Assembly: GCF_006345805.1 (NCBI RefSeq)
Contig: NC_043012.1
Location: forward strand, 52,390,001 to 52,454,000
Direction of reading: 5' to 3'
DNA length: 64,000 bases
Source of the DNA: Octopus sinensis
Taxonomy: Eukaryota
Within the stretch, counting starts at the first letter, position 1, and each line of letters starts with the position of its first letter. Positions 39,711-54,365 of the stretch are shown here, in pieces. A program made the translations under genes and the position numbers. Under the pieces are notes generated by a model, which was given only the letters and a program-made list of their open reading frames with translations, searched no databases and was not told where the DNA came from.

Positions 39711-39824
39711 TAAAATGAGAAAGAGAGGGAGAGACACAGTTAGATAGAAATATCTATCCATACATACGTACGCATATATATATTCATACAAGTACATATG
39801 CATAGAAACACGCATATATTCCTA

Positions 39825-40222
39825 TATGTATGTGGGTATTGTATGTGTGTATGTATGTATGTATGTGTGTGTATGTATGTATGTATGTATGTATGAATGC
39901 ATGTAAGTATGCATGTATGTATGTTCGTATGTATGTATGTATGTATGCATGCATGTATGTATGCATGCTTGTATGTACGTATGTGTGTATTGTATGTATG
40001 TATGTATGTATGTATGTGTGTGTATGTATGTATGTGTATGTATGTATGTATGTATGTATGTATGTATGTATGTATGAATGCATGTACGTATGTATATATG
40101 TATGTATGCATGCATGTATGTTAGCATGCTTGTATGTATGTGTGTATGTATGCATGTATGTATGTATGTATGTATGTATGTATGTATGTATGTATGTATG
40201 TATGTATGTATGTATGTATGTG
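39825..40222 (+). repeat. (TATG)n microsatellite
   Basis: Read directly. Confidence 0.95.
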
Positions 40223-40779
40223 CTTGTTCGGAGACGTCCTTCCAATGATTTCTAAACTTACGTATATCCTCATCAACACGGCAACTATTCTTCAGTATGA
40301 ATGTTGCATTCCGATAAGAGTTTAAGACAGATGACAGAGCAACAACGGTCACTAATTATAATTGTAAAAATAATATTCAACAATTTACTATAGATAATGT
40401 CATCACATCCCCTGCATACATCTGTAATTAATTCATCTTGTCATCATTGGTATTCAGATATACTTGAATTTAATTTTAATGTCGTCTGAAATAAAAACAA
40501 AAGAAGAAAAAAAAGGAACCGAAATACCTACGTCGAAATTAATTCAGTAGAATACTTTAAATAACTTTTGTTGGCGTCTGTTGTTCATATACATATAATG
40601 GATGCGAAGAGATGATACAAGCATACAGACGATCAAACACTATCGTAACCCTCTCACACGCATCTGTGCAGTCATGCAATTACTGCAAACTAATGGTGTC
40701 ACTAATTACACTGTACAACCCAAATCAGACTACATATATACGTAGACCCACACCTACATACAGGAGCATATAGAAACAT

Positions 40780-40817
<38 letters not shown>

Positions 40818-40933
40818 TTATAGATATATATATTCCAACATGATGATATTTATATTTATATAAGCATAAATGCATTTACATGTATGTATGTATATAAGTG
40901 TATATATATATATATATATACACATATATATGA

Positions 40934-40977
<44 letters not shown>

Positions 40978-41014
40978 ACATACATATATATAACATACAT
41001 ATACATATACATAT

Positions 41015-41086
<72 letters not shown>

Positions 41087-41159
41087 ACAGACGGAAGATG
41101 GAATATACGAGAATTTATAATCAAATATATACAAACACACACACACATATGTATATATA

Positions 41160-41208
<49 letters not shown>

Positions 41209-41381
41209 GTGTGCAAATATATATATATATATATATGTACATATACATATGTGTGTGTGTGTGTTTGTACATATGTGATCAACGTCTTCCAGTCATCAGA
41301 CGGCAACTATGTCGCGGCAAGGTATCGAAGAATTTGAGTCAAACGAATCGAATTGGTTTTATTTTGTTAAACTCTGGTGTC

Positions 41382-41542
41382 CTCTTGCTGAACCGTTAGG
41401 TTACGAGAATGTAAACATATCAGCAACTTTGTCAAGTGGTTGTGGAGAGCAAACACAGACACAAAGACATACTCTCACATCGATTTGCGTACACATACAC
41501 ACACATATACATACACACACACACACACACATATATATACAC

Positions 41543-41589
<47 letters not shown>

Positions 41590-41703
41590 AGGCTTTGGTC
41601 GGCCCGAGGCTATAGTAGAAAGCATCTACCCGAGGTGACACGCAGTGAGAATGAACCCGGAACCATGTGGTTGAGAAGCAAGCTCCATACCTCACAGCCA
41701 CAC
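41382..41703 (-). mobile_element. SINE family A (partial, diverged)
   Basis: Reverse-complement body, microsatellite and head. Confidence 0.75.
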
Positions 41704-41763
41704 TTACAAACACACATACACACACGCACAAATATATATATATATACATATATACACACACAA

Positions 41764-41878
<115 letters not shown>

Positions 41879-42179
41879 TACGGAATGCTGGTACCCATTG
41901 AGTATTTTAAAGAGTGTTTTGTTTTCTTTAAATTTGCATGAGAAATATTACAGCTATAGTAGTTATGATGTATTTCTTGAATGAGTTGAATGTTATCTCA
42001 GCGACTCTCCTCTTCTGAACACTCAACTGCTAAAAAAAAAGCCTGTCAGATTATATACAACTCAATGTATTTGATAGATAAATTGCTTGATATACATATG
42101 TAAATAATGATGGTGGTGGATAAATCAATATGTAGATTCAAAGATTGGTAAAAATTTTCGGGATGTTGTTTGTAGAAGC

Positions 42180-42296
42180 AAGGCGGCGAGCTGGCAGAAA
42201 CGTTAGCACGCCGGGCGAAATGTTTAGCTGTATTTCGTCTGTCTTTAAGTTGTTAAGCTCAAATTCCGTCGAGGTCGACTTTGCCCTTCACCCTTA
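42180..42296 (+). mobile_element. SINE family B (3'-truncated)
   Basis: Head through GAGGTCGACTTTGCCCTTCA. Confidence 0.85.
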
Positions 42297-43067
42297 TGTT
42301 GCTCTTTGTCATGCAGGTAGTGGTGGTGGTGGTGGTGGTAGTGGTAGTAGTAGTAGTAGTAGTAGTAGTAGTTTCCTTGTTCTTGGGTCTAATATTGAAG
42401 AGATGATATATTCAACTATTTCTAGGGCGTGAATATCCGGATTATGAATGGATGTCAAAGATTCTATTATCTGTTGTGCTTAATTTTCAGACTTCAGGGT
42501 GAGAATTATTGGATATTTGGCTGCTGTTTCAATAAAGTAAAATAATCATACAAGAGAATCTTCGTTCACCTAACAAGAGCCCATTGTATTCTCTGGTTGA
42601 ATCCCTTTCCGAATACTTCTAAGATGTTGAACAAATTTTGAGAAACTTAAGTTTTTGTTGTCGCTAAGCACTAAGTCAGCGTTGATTAAACAAACGTATG
42701 GTTAATGGCGCTGCAGATATGACCATCCTGTTTGTATAAATATCTTGAAATATGTGATGCAACGTTTCTTTCCTTTTTGCTAATGGCAGTGTATAACCAG
42801 AGGAAGATTTGGCTCCTCCGATTTCTAGAGATTGAACGCGTATAAAGAAGTTCTCTCGTTGGCTCTCCACACTTGAGTTAAAGGTAGGCCTTCAAATTCC
42901 GTTGTGTATTGGGTATTATATGTTAAAACTAACACACAACTCGTGAATGCATAGATTGACTGCTTTCAGTTGAACATGGTGTCCATATGAGATTTAAAAA
43001 TGATGAAACAAGGAAAGAATGATATAGCCTCAACCAGGAATTGAAACCGAACACTATAAACATTGAA

Positions 43068-43485
43068 TTACTCTTACTCTTTACTATTTTACTTGTTTCA
43101 GTCATTTGACTGTGGCCATGCTGGATCACCACGTTTAGTCGAGCAAATTGACCCCAGGACTTATTCTTTGTAAGCCTAGTACTTATTCTATCGACCTCTT
43201 TTGCCGAACCGCTAGATTACGGGGACGTAGACACAGCAGCATCGGTTGTCAAGCGATGTTGGGAGGACAAACACAAACACACAAACTCATACACACACAT
43301 ACATATATATATACATATATACGACGGGCTTCTTTCAGTTTCCGTCTACCAAATCCACTCACAAGGCTTTGGTCGGTCCGAGGCTATAGTAGAAGACACT
43401 TGCCCAAGTTGCCACGTAGTGGGACTGAACCCTGAACCATGTGGTTGGTAAGCAAACTACTTACCACACAGCTACTCCTACGCCT
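43068..43485 (-). mobile_element. SINE family A
   Basis: Full reverse-complement copy. Confidence 0.9.
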
Positions 43486-43600
43486 ATGTTCACATTTAAT
43501 GTATAACGCTATCTAGTTTGATCAGAGACGTCTGTAAATGATTTCCATAAATCGATCAGGTTTATACACACACACATACGGATAGATAGATGACAGATAC

Positions 43601-43712
<112 letters not shown>

Positions 43713-44963
43713 GTAGATAGATAGACAGACCGGCAGACAGACAGACATACTGATGACAGATAGATATTTAATAGCGACATAGGCAGTATTATCACTGAAT
43801 AACAACCTTAAATCTTACTTGATGTAGATGCATTATAGGAGTTGCGTAATACTGCATTATTCGCGCTGGGAAAGTGTCTCGAATTGGCGTCTAGTGCATG
43901 AAAGCATGGTGCGGTCGGTAGAGAAATGTTCATACCACTTGCGGAACCCTTCTATCACGCGAATACGGTGTTTTGGGCCTCGTCAGCTTTGTGCTGCATG
44001 ATCTAACATTTGAAAATACGGGTCACTCACGCTGTTTATTTTACAATATTTAAGAAACCTTATTCGAGATTTATGCACACGCACACACCACACACAAATA
44101 CACGCACGCATGTACACATATACAAATATACACATACAAACACGCAAGGTAGATTTTCCAAGCAAGTCTTTCTCACAAATTCCACCCACATAGTATTAGT
44201 CAACTGAAGGTTATTTTAGAACACGATACGTTATGCTACTGCTCAGTGAACCACGATCCACAAGGTTTGGAACGAATTTCTTAACCCTACCGTCATTCCT
44301 ACATTGCCATAGCATATTCACTAAGTTTGTATAACACCCTTGCTTTACCAAATATGTAATATTTAGGGTGTAACTAAATAGAAATGGCTTCCGTGTGAAT
44401 TGAAAACATTTAAGAGATTTTGACTAGCTAGGCGCCTACTCTACTACGGTACTGGCCACACAAACAGTAGTCGTAAATATATTGCCTGGTGTCATGTTTA
44501 ACGTTTTAGAATTTGCTTCAATCTAAATACATTCCATTCTCTTTCTTCTCTGTACGTTATCACAATTCTGCGAGCAACGCTCATTAACACTCAAGCCTCG
44601 CATTGTATAAAGAATCTTCTTATTTGTATTCACCAGATGTTAGACGTATGAAGTATCTTATTCATTAGTCCGCATTTGATAATATAGTAGAGTAATTAGC
44701 GTCAACATATTCCAGTCAAGTACTCTGGAATGGAAACAGAAATACGAAGCTAATCAGCAACAAACCTAAACGAGTCTTTCAAACGATGGAATAAATCCTT
44801 CACCAATAAACGAAAATATTTGACAAGAAAATGCTTTAATTTTCAAATCATTTTTATATAATTAAACTGAATTCTTTAATAGGTAAAATAATGTGTTTTA
44901 TATTTTTACGGAGGAGATAGATGATTTAGTTAAATCTTTTTCCTTATAATATTACTGGTACTG

Positions 44964-45185
44964 AGGCGGAGAGATGGTAGAATCGTTAACGAATTGGACA
45001 AAGTATTTAGTAGTTTATCTTCCGGCTCTTTTACGTTCTGGGTTCAAATTCCGCTGAAGTCGATTATGCTTTCAACATTTCGGGGTCGATAAAGTATCAT
45101 TTGAACACAGGAGCCAATGTAATCAACTAATCCACGTCCATAAAAAATTGCCGGCATTTTGCCAAAATATGAACCATTATATTAC
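44964..45185 (+). mobile_element. SINE family B-like (diverged)
   Basis: AGGCGGAGAGATGGTAGAATCG..GGGTTCAAATTCCGC..TTTCGGGGTCGATAAAGTA. Confidence 0.7.
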
Positions 45186-46129
45186 TGGTACTAAAAACGT
45201 ATTGATTTCAAAATGATGGAAAGTAAACACAGCGTCAACGTTATTTAAGCGAACAATATAGAACAATGAAACTTAATACGTCGATACATTTAGTCCGTGT
45301 ATATTTGATAATCTGATATAAACTATTATAAATATAATAAACAAATGTAATTATCTATAATATTATTCTGTTTGTCGCGATATATGTTCAACTGTAACAT
45401 TCTCAAATAGAAATAAATCTCGTGTTGACCTCTATCAATATTTTTATTTGTGGTAGTCAGACAGGCAGATAGTGAGAGAGCAAGAAAAGGGTGAAGAGGT
45501 AAGTTATGATAGAGAGATGTGACAACAGTCAGAGAGAGAGAGAAAGAGAGAGAGGAGGGGAGGAGAGAATGAAATGTGTAGTTATGCATATTGTTACTAA
45601 TACAATAATAATTTTTCAATAACCTCAGTCGGTTGTCTAGCTCATTATCATAAATTTCTTTAACATAAGGAAACGTTGTTATGAACTATAAAATTTATGC
45701 ATCAAAATAAAAATAAGAAAAATTACAGAAATTTCTACGAGTCTCGCTAGTAAATATAACAGTGTTTGTATGTGTGTATTTATGCATATATCACAGTTTC
45801 TATGTGTTTGTGATTAAATAGGTTGTAACTATGTTATATTATTAACTCCGCAACATACATTTCAAATAATTGATACACTTGCAATTTTCATTTTTTCGTG
45901 CATAATAAGAGTGTTGAGCTTTATACTTTAGGTTTAAAGATCCATAGGCGGATTATATTGCCTATTAAAGAATAAACGCAATGAATGTAGCCGGATTTCA
46001 ATACTTTTCTAGTTTTCGGTCATGGAAATTGATTAAGTCACACCATAACAACGGATGTCTCAACTCAGTGGTAATCGGCAACCAGGAAATAAAAACAGAA
46101 AAGCTTAAATCGTGTTAATGCGTGTATTC

Positions 46130-46930
46130 TTTAATTGCTAAAATTATGGGTTTTTAGGCCCAACTATTATGAAGGTATGCTGACCGCTGTGGTCAAGGAG
46201 CTGACAATTCGAAACTGATGTGTATCAGAAAATGTAGAAGGCTGCTTCATTATGGCATAGGTTTCTCTGCTCGAATTTTCCTATTTAAAACGTGACATCC
46301 TGGACCACGTCAGGAGAAGAGCCATCTGTTTCCTTGGCATTCCGTTATTCAGAGAGACACTAAGGCGGCGAGCTGGCAGAAACGTTAGCACGCCGGGCGA
46401 AATGCTTAGTGGCATTTCGTCTGTCTTTACGTTCTGAGTTCAAATTCCGCCGAGGTCGACTTTGTCTTTCATCCTTTCAGGGTCGATAAATCAATTACCA
46501 GTTGCGTACTGGAGCCGATCTAATCGACAGCCCCCTCCCCAAAAATTTCGGTTCTTATGCCTAGGGTAGAAAAGATTATTAGAGACACTCAAATATCTGG
46601 TATAATGGCGCACTGATTTGCTGCCCTTTTTCTCCCCGTTATATGTCTCTATTAAACTGGTCTCTACTCCTTGGAACTCACTGCTTCCGTACAGCCGTAA
46701 CTCAGGCACCCCTCTTTCTCGACCTCTCATCACATTTCTAGTGTGCAAACTGCCTTTCCCGCGCTAACCACTCTCCTTCATCTTTCTTAGAACGCCGGCT
46801 CCCTAGAGTCTCCCCACACTGTTCTCGTTTTTCCACCAGGTGATGGCATGCAGCAGTATAAACGGAATATTAATGGATTCGATCTCACCAGTCACGGTGG
46901 TCCTGCAAGAGCTATGGTTTCTGCTTTACT
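46130..46930 (+). mobile_element. Heavily degraded 3' fragment of an older CR1/L2-group LINE, interrupted by SINE B
   Basis: Residual motifs DILDHVRRRAIC and KRNINGFDL resemble ORF2 C-termini, with many stops and frameshifts. Confidence 0.5.
46362..46580 (+). mobile_element. SINE family B with 9-bp TSD
   Basis: TSD AGAGACACT at 46353-46361 and 46581-46589. Confidence 0.92.
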
Positions 46931-47015
46931 TCCTACACTAAGTACATGCACACACACACACGAACACATATATATTTTATGTATGTGTGTATGTATGTAT
47001 ATATATATATGTATA

Positions 47016-47101
<86 letters not shown>

Positions 47102-47471
47102 TATATATTAATTATATTAAATTAGAGACAAAACCACTATTAGGTAAATCAAACAATGAAAGACTTAAGCCAATACATATGATTATATATATACATACAT
47201 ACACATATACATACACGCCATGATAGATCGTTAGCCACTACACACATTTTTTTCTCCTTGAATTTTTTGTCAACTTTACCTATATGTATATATAAATTAA
47301 ATTAGAGATAAAACCACTATTAGGCAAATCAAACAGTGAAAAACATAAACCAAAACATATAAATAAAAATAATTAATATAATATACAAAAAAATATAAAA
47401 ATACAAAATTTGAAATTTAAAATTATTAAATTTAAAGTTGAAAATTTAAAATTATTAATTAATTTTTATAA

Positions 47472-47509
<38 letters not shown>

Positions 47510-47598
47510 TTTTATTTTTATTTTTTATTTATTATTTATTTAATTTTTTTAAAAATATATACAACTACCAAAAAGTATTAAAAGTTTAATATAAGATA

Positions 47599-47637
<39 letters not shown>

Positions 47638-48485
47638 CTCGGTTTCCTGTGCTCAATGGGCTAGGTCTCATGTTGTCGCGTCGTGGAACTCAATCTGAAA
47701 TCATGCGGGGTTAGGAGGCAAACTTCGATCCACACAGCCTCACCTGCACTTAACGTTGGAGCTTCTAAGTCTCCCTAACATTAAGAAGTAACTGCCAAAC
47801 TTACCTCAAATATCACCAAAGTATTTTTAAAAAGATACATTAAATAACAAACTTCACTGGTTAAGTAAAAAATAGATATGCCAGTATAGTGGTTGGAATA
47901 CCTTTGATCATAGAATTGCCTTTTCACAGATTGCCTGGGGCTCGCCAACGATAACAACGACGAACATAAATACACACGGACAGATAGATAGTTACATAGA
48001 CACAGAGATACACACATGTGTGTGTATTTGTGTGTGTGTTTGTGGGTGTGTGTGTGTATTTGTGTGTATGTTTGTGGGTGTGTGTGTGTATGTGTACGTT
48101 TGTGTGTGTCCATTGTACACAGACTTTTTTTATTATTGCTGCTTCTCTTTTCTCGACAACATAATTATTTCATTCTTTACTTCTCTGCTTATAATTTAAA
48201 ATGCGCACAAACACACACATGCATATGTGTGTGTATATATATGTATATATATATATATATATAAATGTATATATATATATGGTGTATATATATGGTGTGT
48301 GTATGTATGTATGTATGTATGTTATATTATATATATTATATATATAATATATATATATTATATATATATTGTACTTGTTCAGACAATGGGTGCGGTCATG
48401 CAAGGGCACCACCTCGATTGGTTTAATCGAACGAGCACAAACACTAAGTTGCACGTGCGCACGATCATGTACATACACATGTACA

Positions 48486-48516
<31 letters not shown>

Positions 48517-48564
48517 ACACATATTATATTATATATATATATATATTATATATTAAAACATATA

Positions 48565-48742
48565 TGATGGGCTTCTTTTAGTCTCCATCTGGCAAATCCA
48601 CTCCCAATGCTTTCGTCGGTTATTGTTCGGCTAGCCAGCCTGAGGCTTATAATGGAAGGTAATTTGCACAAAGTGCCACGCAATAGGATTGAACACGGAC
48701 CAACATGATTGGGAATCAAGCTTCTTACCAGACTACCACGCT
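48565..48742 (-). mobile_element. SINE family A 5' half (diverged)
   Basis: GGGCTTCTTT..CAAATCCACTC..AAGTGCCACGCAATAGGATTGAAC. Confidence 0.65.
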
Positions 48743-48939
48743 AGCATGTATATAATATATATATATATATATATGTTACACACACACACACACTCACATA
48801 CACACACACATATATATATATATATGTATTAGATATACTATATATATATATATATATATATATTATGCAAAAATCTACACATGTATATGTGCGTGTCATA
48901 CACATGCACATAAATAAACAAATGTAGACAATTGTACAT

Positions 48940-48976
<37 letters not shown>

Positions 48977-49502
48977 GATAGATAGACAGCTCAAAAGAAA
49001 GAGAGAGAGAGAGTGAGTGAGAGAGAGACACACACAGAAAGTGATTCGACTCGACTGTTGCAAGTGGCTAGGACACTAAATTGACTGCTACGTTAAATTT
49101 CAATACTATGTTTAAAATCAGTATATGATAACATTTCTCCCACTGCGCTAATAGTGCAACCCAATTTCAATCTAACACCATCTAGATGAAGTGGACTCAA
49201 TGTGATTGATCGTTGTTCGATAGAAGAAAATAATCAAAAAGAAATATAATAGAGGAGTAATGAGTTCTAACATTGGCGGAATGCCACGCATTTTTAGTGA
49301 AAGGGCAGAGTCGATTGAATTAACAACCATTAACAACAGGTACTTTATTTTATCTACACATGAGGAATGAGTCAATGAGGGAGTCGGCACGTGGTCACTT
49401 GATTTTGCAAGAAATAGCAGTCAAATCTCTTTCGAAACCTACCCAATTGTCTTGGAAATGAGCTAAGTTCAATAACGTTGACCGCTATCGTTTATAAATG
49501 AA

Positions 49503-49790
49503 GACGCATGTTTCAGTGGTTAGAGTGTCGTGCTCACAATCATGAGGTAGTGAGTTCGAATCTCCGGATGGGCTGTGTGTTGTGCTCTTGAGCACGACAC
49601 TTATTTCACGTCGATCCAGTTCACTAAGATGTGCAAATGACTTACGCCGTCACTGGTGCCAAACTGAACAGGTCATTGTCTAACCTTTGGTTAACCTCGG
49701 TGTCGTGGAGAGGAGAGGTATCCATGAGCAACTACCAACTTCCATAAAAGGCCTGTCCGGTGCAATCCTATGGTCATTCAAGACTGAAAA
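49503..49790 (+). mobile_element. tRNA-derived SINE, family C-related (diverged)
   Basis: CAGTGGTTAGAGTG..GAGTTCGAATC head and CTTGAGCACGACACTTATTTCAC body. Confidence 0.6.
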
Positions 49791-50167
49791 GGTGTTTTTT
49801 TTAATCGTTTATAAAGCGACTGTTAATAAAACGAAGTCTTTATAGTTTGAGATCGATACTTTATTTCCTCGACCGCGAAGGAATGGATGGCAAAATTGGT
49901 TTCAGCGCAATTTGAACACAGAACCGAGCGAGCGAACTGGAAGAAATGCACATTTCGTCCAGCGTGCTGAAGATTCTGTCAGCTCACCACAATTACGCTT
50001 CCATTACGGATACTGATTTGAAATTTTGGTAAAAGGCCAGCAATAGGTTATGTCGATTACGTCAAACCTAGTGTTTAACTAGTATTTATACTATTGACCG
50101 CGAAAAGGCGAGAGGCAAAATCTGCCCCAGTCGCATTTGAAACCTGAACGTAAAGAGAGACGAATGC

Positions 50168-50204
<37 letters not shown>

Positions 50205-50207
<3 letters not shown>

Positions 50208-50279
50208 GGTGTAGTGAATAATCTGTCGTCTAATTTACGCAAAAAGGAAAATAAAACTAACATGTTATTTTAACAGATA
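50205..50279 (-). mobile_element. Solo terminal fragment of the mariner family at 60254-61043
   Basis: TA-CAGGGTGTAGTGAATAATCTGTCGTCTAA..TTTTAACAGAT matches the reverse complement of 60970-61043. Confidence 0.7.
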
Positions 50280-51095
50280 TATATATATATTATTATATAT
50301 ACATATATACTCCTTCACAGAGAAAAGCAGCTTCACATGAGCTTGGGAGAACCTGATATACGCACTAACCATCTATGAGTATCAAGAGCAATACATAGGC
50401 CAAATAAAAAAACAGTCTACGTCAAAGGATGGCTCTGCACAGATCCCAGATAACTATTCCCCAAAACAGAAAAATAGCATTCAGCCAACACATCGACATT
50501 TGCGCCAATAACAAAAATCCAAGAATTTCAGACTTTTCCCCCTCTACCAATTCAGTGATGATACAACCTGCAGCCAACGAATTAGTAGAGAGACTCGCTT
50601 TATTACAAAATACAGACCCCTTTTGAACGCATTTACAACAAATGACATATCCACCACGGCTTTGGAATAACACACACGGAAATATTAAAAAATATACGTT
50701 CAAGAGATACACAAGAATTCATTAAAAACAGTCCCACTCACTGGTATAATCCACAACGAAGCTCGAACGTACAAGAGTAAACAAGAGAGACACAGACAGG
50801 CAGACACAAGGAAAATGCCACTTGTCTTTGAATACAAATATTCTTTTAAACATTTAATTATTTTCCATACAGTTGAAAAAGTAACAATGACTGAAACCGG
50901 TACTGAAATGTTTTTTATAAAATTCTTTTAGTATTTTCTACCTTTATATATATATATATACGGTGGTTACTCAGGAAGTAGTGCAAAAAAGAATTGGATC
51001 TTGTTTATATATACATATATGAGAGTGTGTGTATGGCGTGTATATTTGTGTCAGTGTGTATGCGTGCTTGGTATGTATTTTTACACACAACACAC

Positions 51096-51187
<92 letters not shown>

Positions 51188-52388
51188 TATATATACGCAT
51201 GAGCATATCGAATGTAGAGATTTATAGAGGTCTTATGAACATATAGACATATATGTCATAGCAAGTCTTATGTTGTGTGTGACCGCGTATATGTGCGAGC
51301 GCGGGCCTGTACGTACATCTATGTGTGCGTATATGTCATTCCGCATGCCAGCCAGTAGAGATATATTTATGAGTGGGAGGCTGTGATTAAGCGATAAACA
51401 ATAGGTTATAAATAAATAAAAATTTAAAAAGCATTGTTTATACATAACTAATGTAACTGAACATATGAAAATGGGATACTTTACAGATTCAAAATGAGCA
51501 GCAAACCACTTTAGGTAAGGCTCTGTACGAAAAAATTTATAGAAATATTCTGTACAAATTATCATACGCAAACGAATCATTTGGTATTTTCTTGTGATTC
51601 GTTGTGGTAGAACCTGTAAGAAAATAAAAATCTGGTACTTTTTTCCCGCCGTTTTTCTTTTGAGGATGATCAGCCTGCATAACATCAAAAGAATAGGGGG
51701 GAACATCAATGGAATAACATAAGAAGTGAATGTAGTAGATAATGATTGAAGGAAAAGAGGGGAAAAACGATTGATGCCAATTAGGAAAGTCGCGTTGAGA
51801 AACGAAATATCAAAGCGAGAATACCAATTGCTAAACGTGGTAACAATTTTTAGGCATGTGACGGTATGTGCGTGTGGAATACGGAAGGAGAGAGAAAGGA
51901 GAGGGGTAGCTTTATGAGTGGAGGTGTGAGTATAATTCCCAAATAAATGACATTCTAGACAAATGTACGTGTATATACAAATATACAGAGGCGTGTGAAT
52001 GAGTGTGTATGTATATATATATATGTATCAATTTCTCTCTCTCCCTCTCTCTGTGTATATATATTTACGTATATATATATATGCATATGTATACGCATAT
52101 TATATATACGTTTATACATATAGATATGTGTGTGTATCTATGTAGATAAATACGCATACATTTATATAAATACATATACACATATAGATACACACATACA
52201 CACACATATATATATATATTCATGTATTCGAAACAAAACTGTCCGTCGAACGGGAACGTGAAACTCTGAGTAACAAGTTTTGCGATCTTTTTGCTACATT
52301 TCAATATAGCATATTACTCTAGGTCTGGTATTCGAGTACTATTTTTTCGACCATGTTTCGCATCTATGTGCTTACTCCCGTATACATA

Positions 52389-52426
<38 letters not shown>

Positions 52427-52734
52427 TATATATATATGTGTGTGTGTCTGTGTGGTGTGTGTCTTTGTGTGTGTGTGTGTATACATATAGGTATATATAT
52501 ATACATATACATGCATATGTATATACACTCATACATATATTTATATAATGCATTTCGACTATAGTTTTTTATGCCTATGTTTAAGAATATAAACATATAT
52601 CAATATATCTGGTAATTCTTTTTGGTCACATGAAAATTGTAACTGAAAGAATGTTGGTAGACCACTTATCGCGCAATAGAAATCACCTGTCCTATGGTCC
52701 ACTACTAGAAACTGTAGGTATCCAGAAAAAATGT

Positions 52735-52802
52735 ATATATATATACATATATATATATATATGTATACATGTATGCATATATATATACATATATATATAT
52801 GA

Positions 52803-52835
<33 letters not shown>

Positions 52836-52996
52836 TATATACATATATAGATGTATATATATCTAGATGTAATATATATATATACAGATGTATATATAGA
52901 TGTATATATAATACATATATCGATGTATATATATATATATAGATGTATATGTATATATGTATATATATAGATATATATATAGAGAGAGAGAGATAC

Positions 52997-53035
<39 letters not shown>

Positions 53036-53044
53036 CTATATATA

Positions 53045-53079
<35 letters not shown>

Positions 53080-53399
53080 ATATAATGTATATATATATAC
53101 ATATATATGTATATATATATATACATATATATGTATATATATATATACATATATATGTATATATATATATACATATATATGTATTATATATATACATATA
53201 TATGTATATATATATATACATATATGTATATATGTATACATATATATGTATATATATATATACATATATATATACATATCTATGTATATATATATACATA
53301 TATATGTATATATATATATACATACTATATATTATTTATATATATATATACATATATACATTATATATATATGTATATATATATATATACATATATAAC

Positions 53400-53432
<33 letters not shown>

Positions 53433-53586
53433 CATATAACATATATATTATATTGTATATATATACATATATAATATATATATTATATATACATATGCAT
53501 ATATCTAATATATATATAGGTATATATAATACAATATATATACATATATATATAATATAATATATATATATATATATATATCCTAC

Positions 53587-53628
<42 letters not shown>

Positions 53629-53811
53629 GTATAATTATACATATATATATACTATATATATATATATGTATATATATATACATATATATATACATAATAT
53701 ATATATATTATATATAATACATATATATATACATATATATATATAATATATGTATATATATATATACATATATATATATACATATAGATATATATGTATA
53801 TATATATATAC

Positions 53812-53846
<35 letters not shown>

Positions 53847-53891
53847 CATATAATATACATATATAATATATATATGTATTAATATATATAC

Positions 53892-53926
<35 letters not shown>

Positions 53927-53962
53927 GATATATATGTATATATATATATTACATATATATTC

Positions 53963-54017
<55 letters not shown>
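52735..54017. repeat. ~1.3-kb degenerate (AT)n tract
   Basis: Read directly. Confidence 0.97.
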
Positions 54018-54020
<3 letters not shown>

Positions 54021-54071
54021 AAAAATGAAGTTCGAAAATGCTGCTATATTATACAATTTTTAATTTTTATA

Positions 54072-54129
54072 TATACATTATAACATGTTTCAGTTCCTGA
54101 AATGAACCTTATCAAAAAAAGTTGTATAT
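54072..54129 (-). ncRNA. Variant minimal hammerhead-like motif (U3-A8 core) at the Penelope 3' end
   Basis: Minus strand: UUGAUAA-GGUUC[AUUUCAG]GAACU-GAAAC-AU-GUU, palindromic AACAUGUU stem III, distal pairing UAUAUACA/UGUAUAUA. Confidence 0.45.
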
Positions 54130-54365
54130 AAAAAAGACAGCTCATGCCATCAAACACAAGAAATTCATTTACAATACACAACGGAGTCAGACATCTTAAA
54201 GTTCATATATAGTTTGAAGTAAGTTCATTCATGCTATATGTTCAAAGTGTTCGATGCAGTGGCCCACGGTGGCGATACGTATTCAATATAAAAAACAGAT
54301 CAAAGTGGTGGAAAGCAGTCAATACAGAAGATTGATGTTCCCGAAAGAGCGAGAAATTCATTTTT

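Noticed and set aside
50422-51709. 96-aa and 158-aa minus-strand ORFs, with a strong-looking acceptor at 51614
   Set aside because: No homology recognised and no matching donor or polyA context; cannot support an exon without RNA data.
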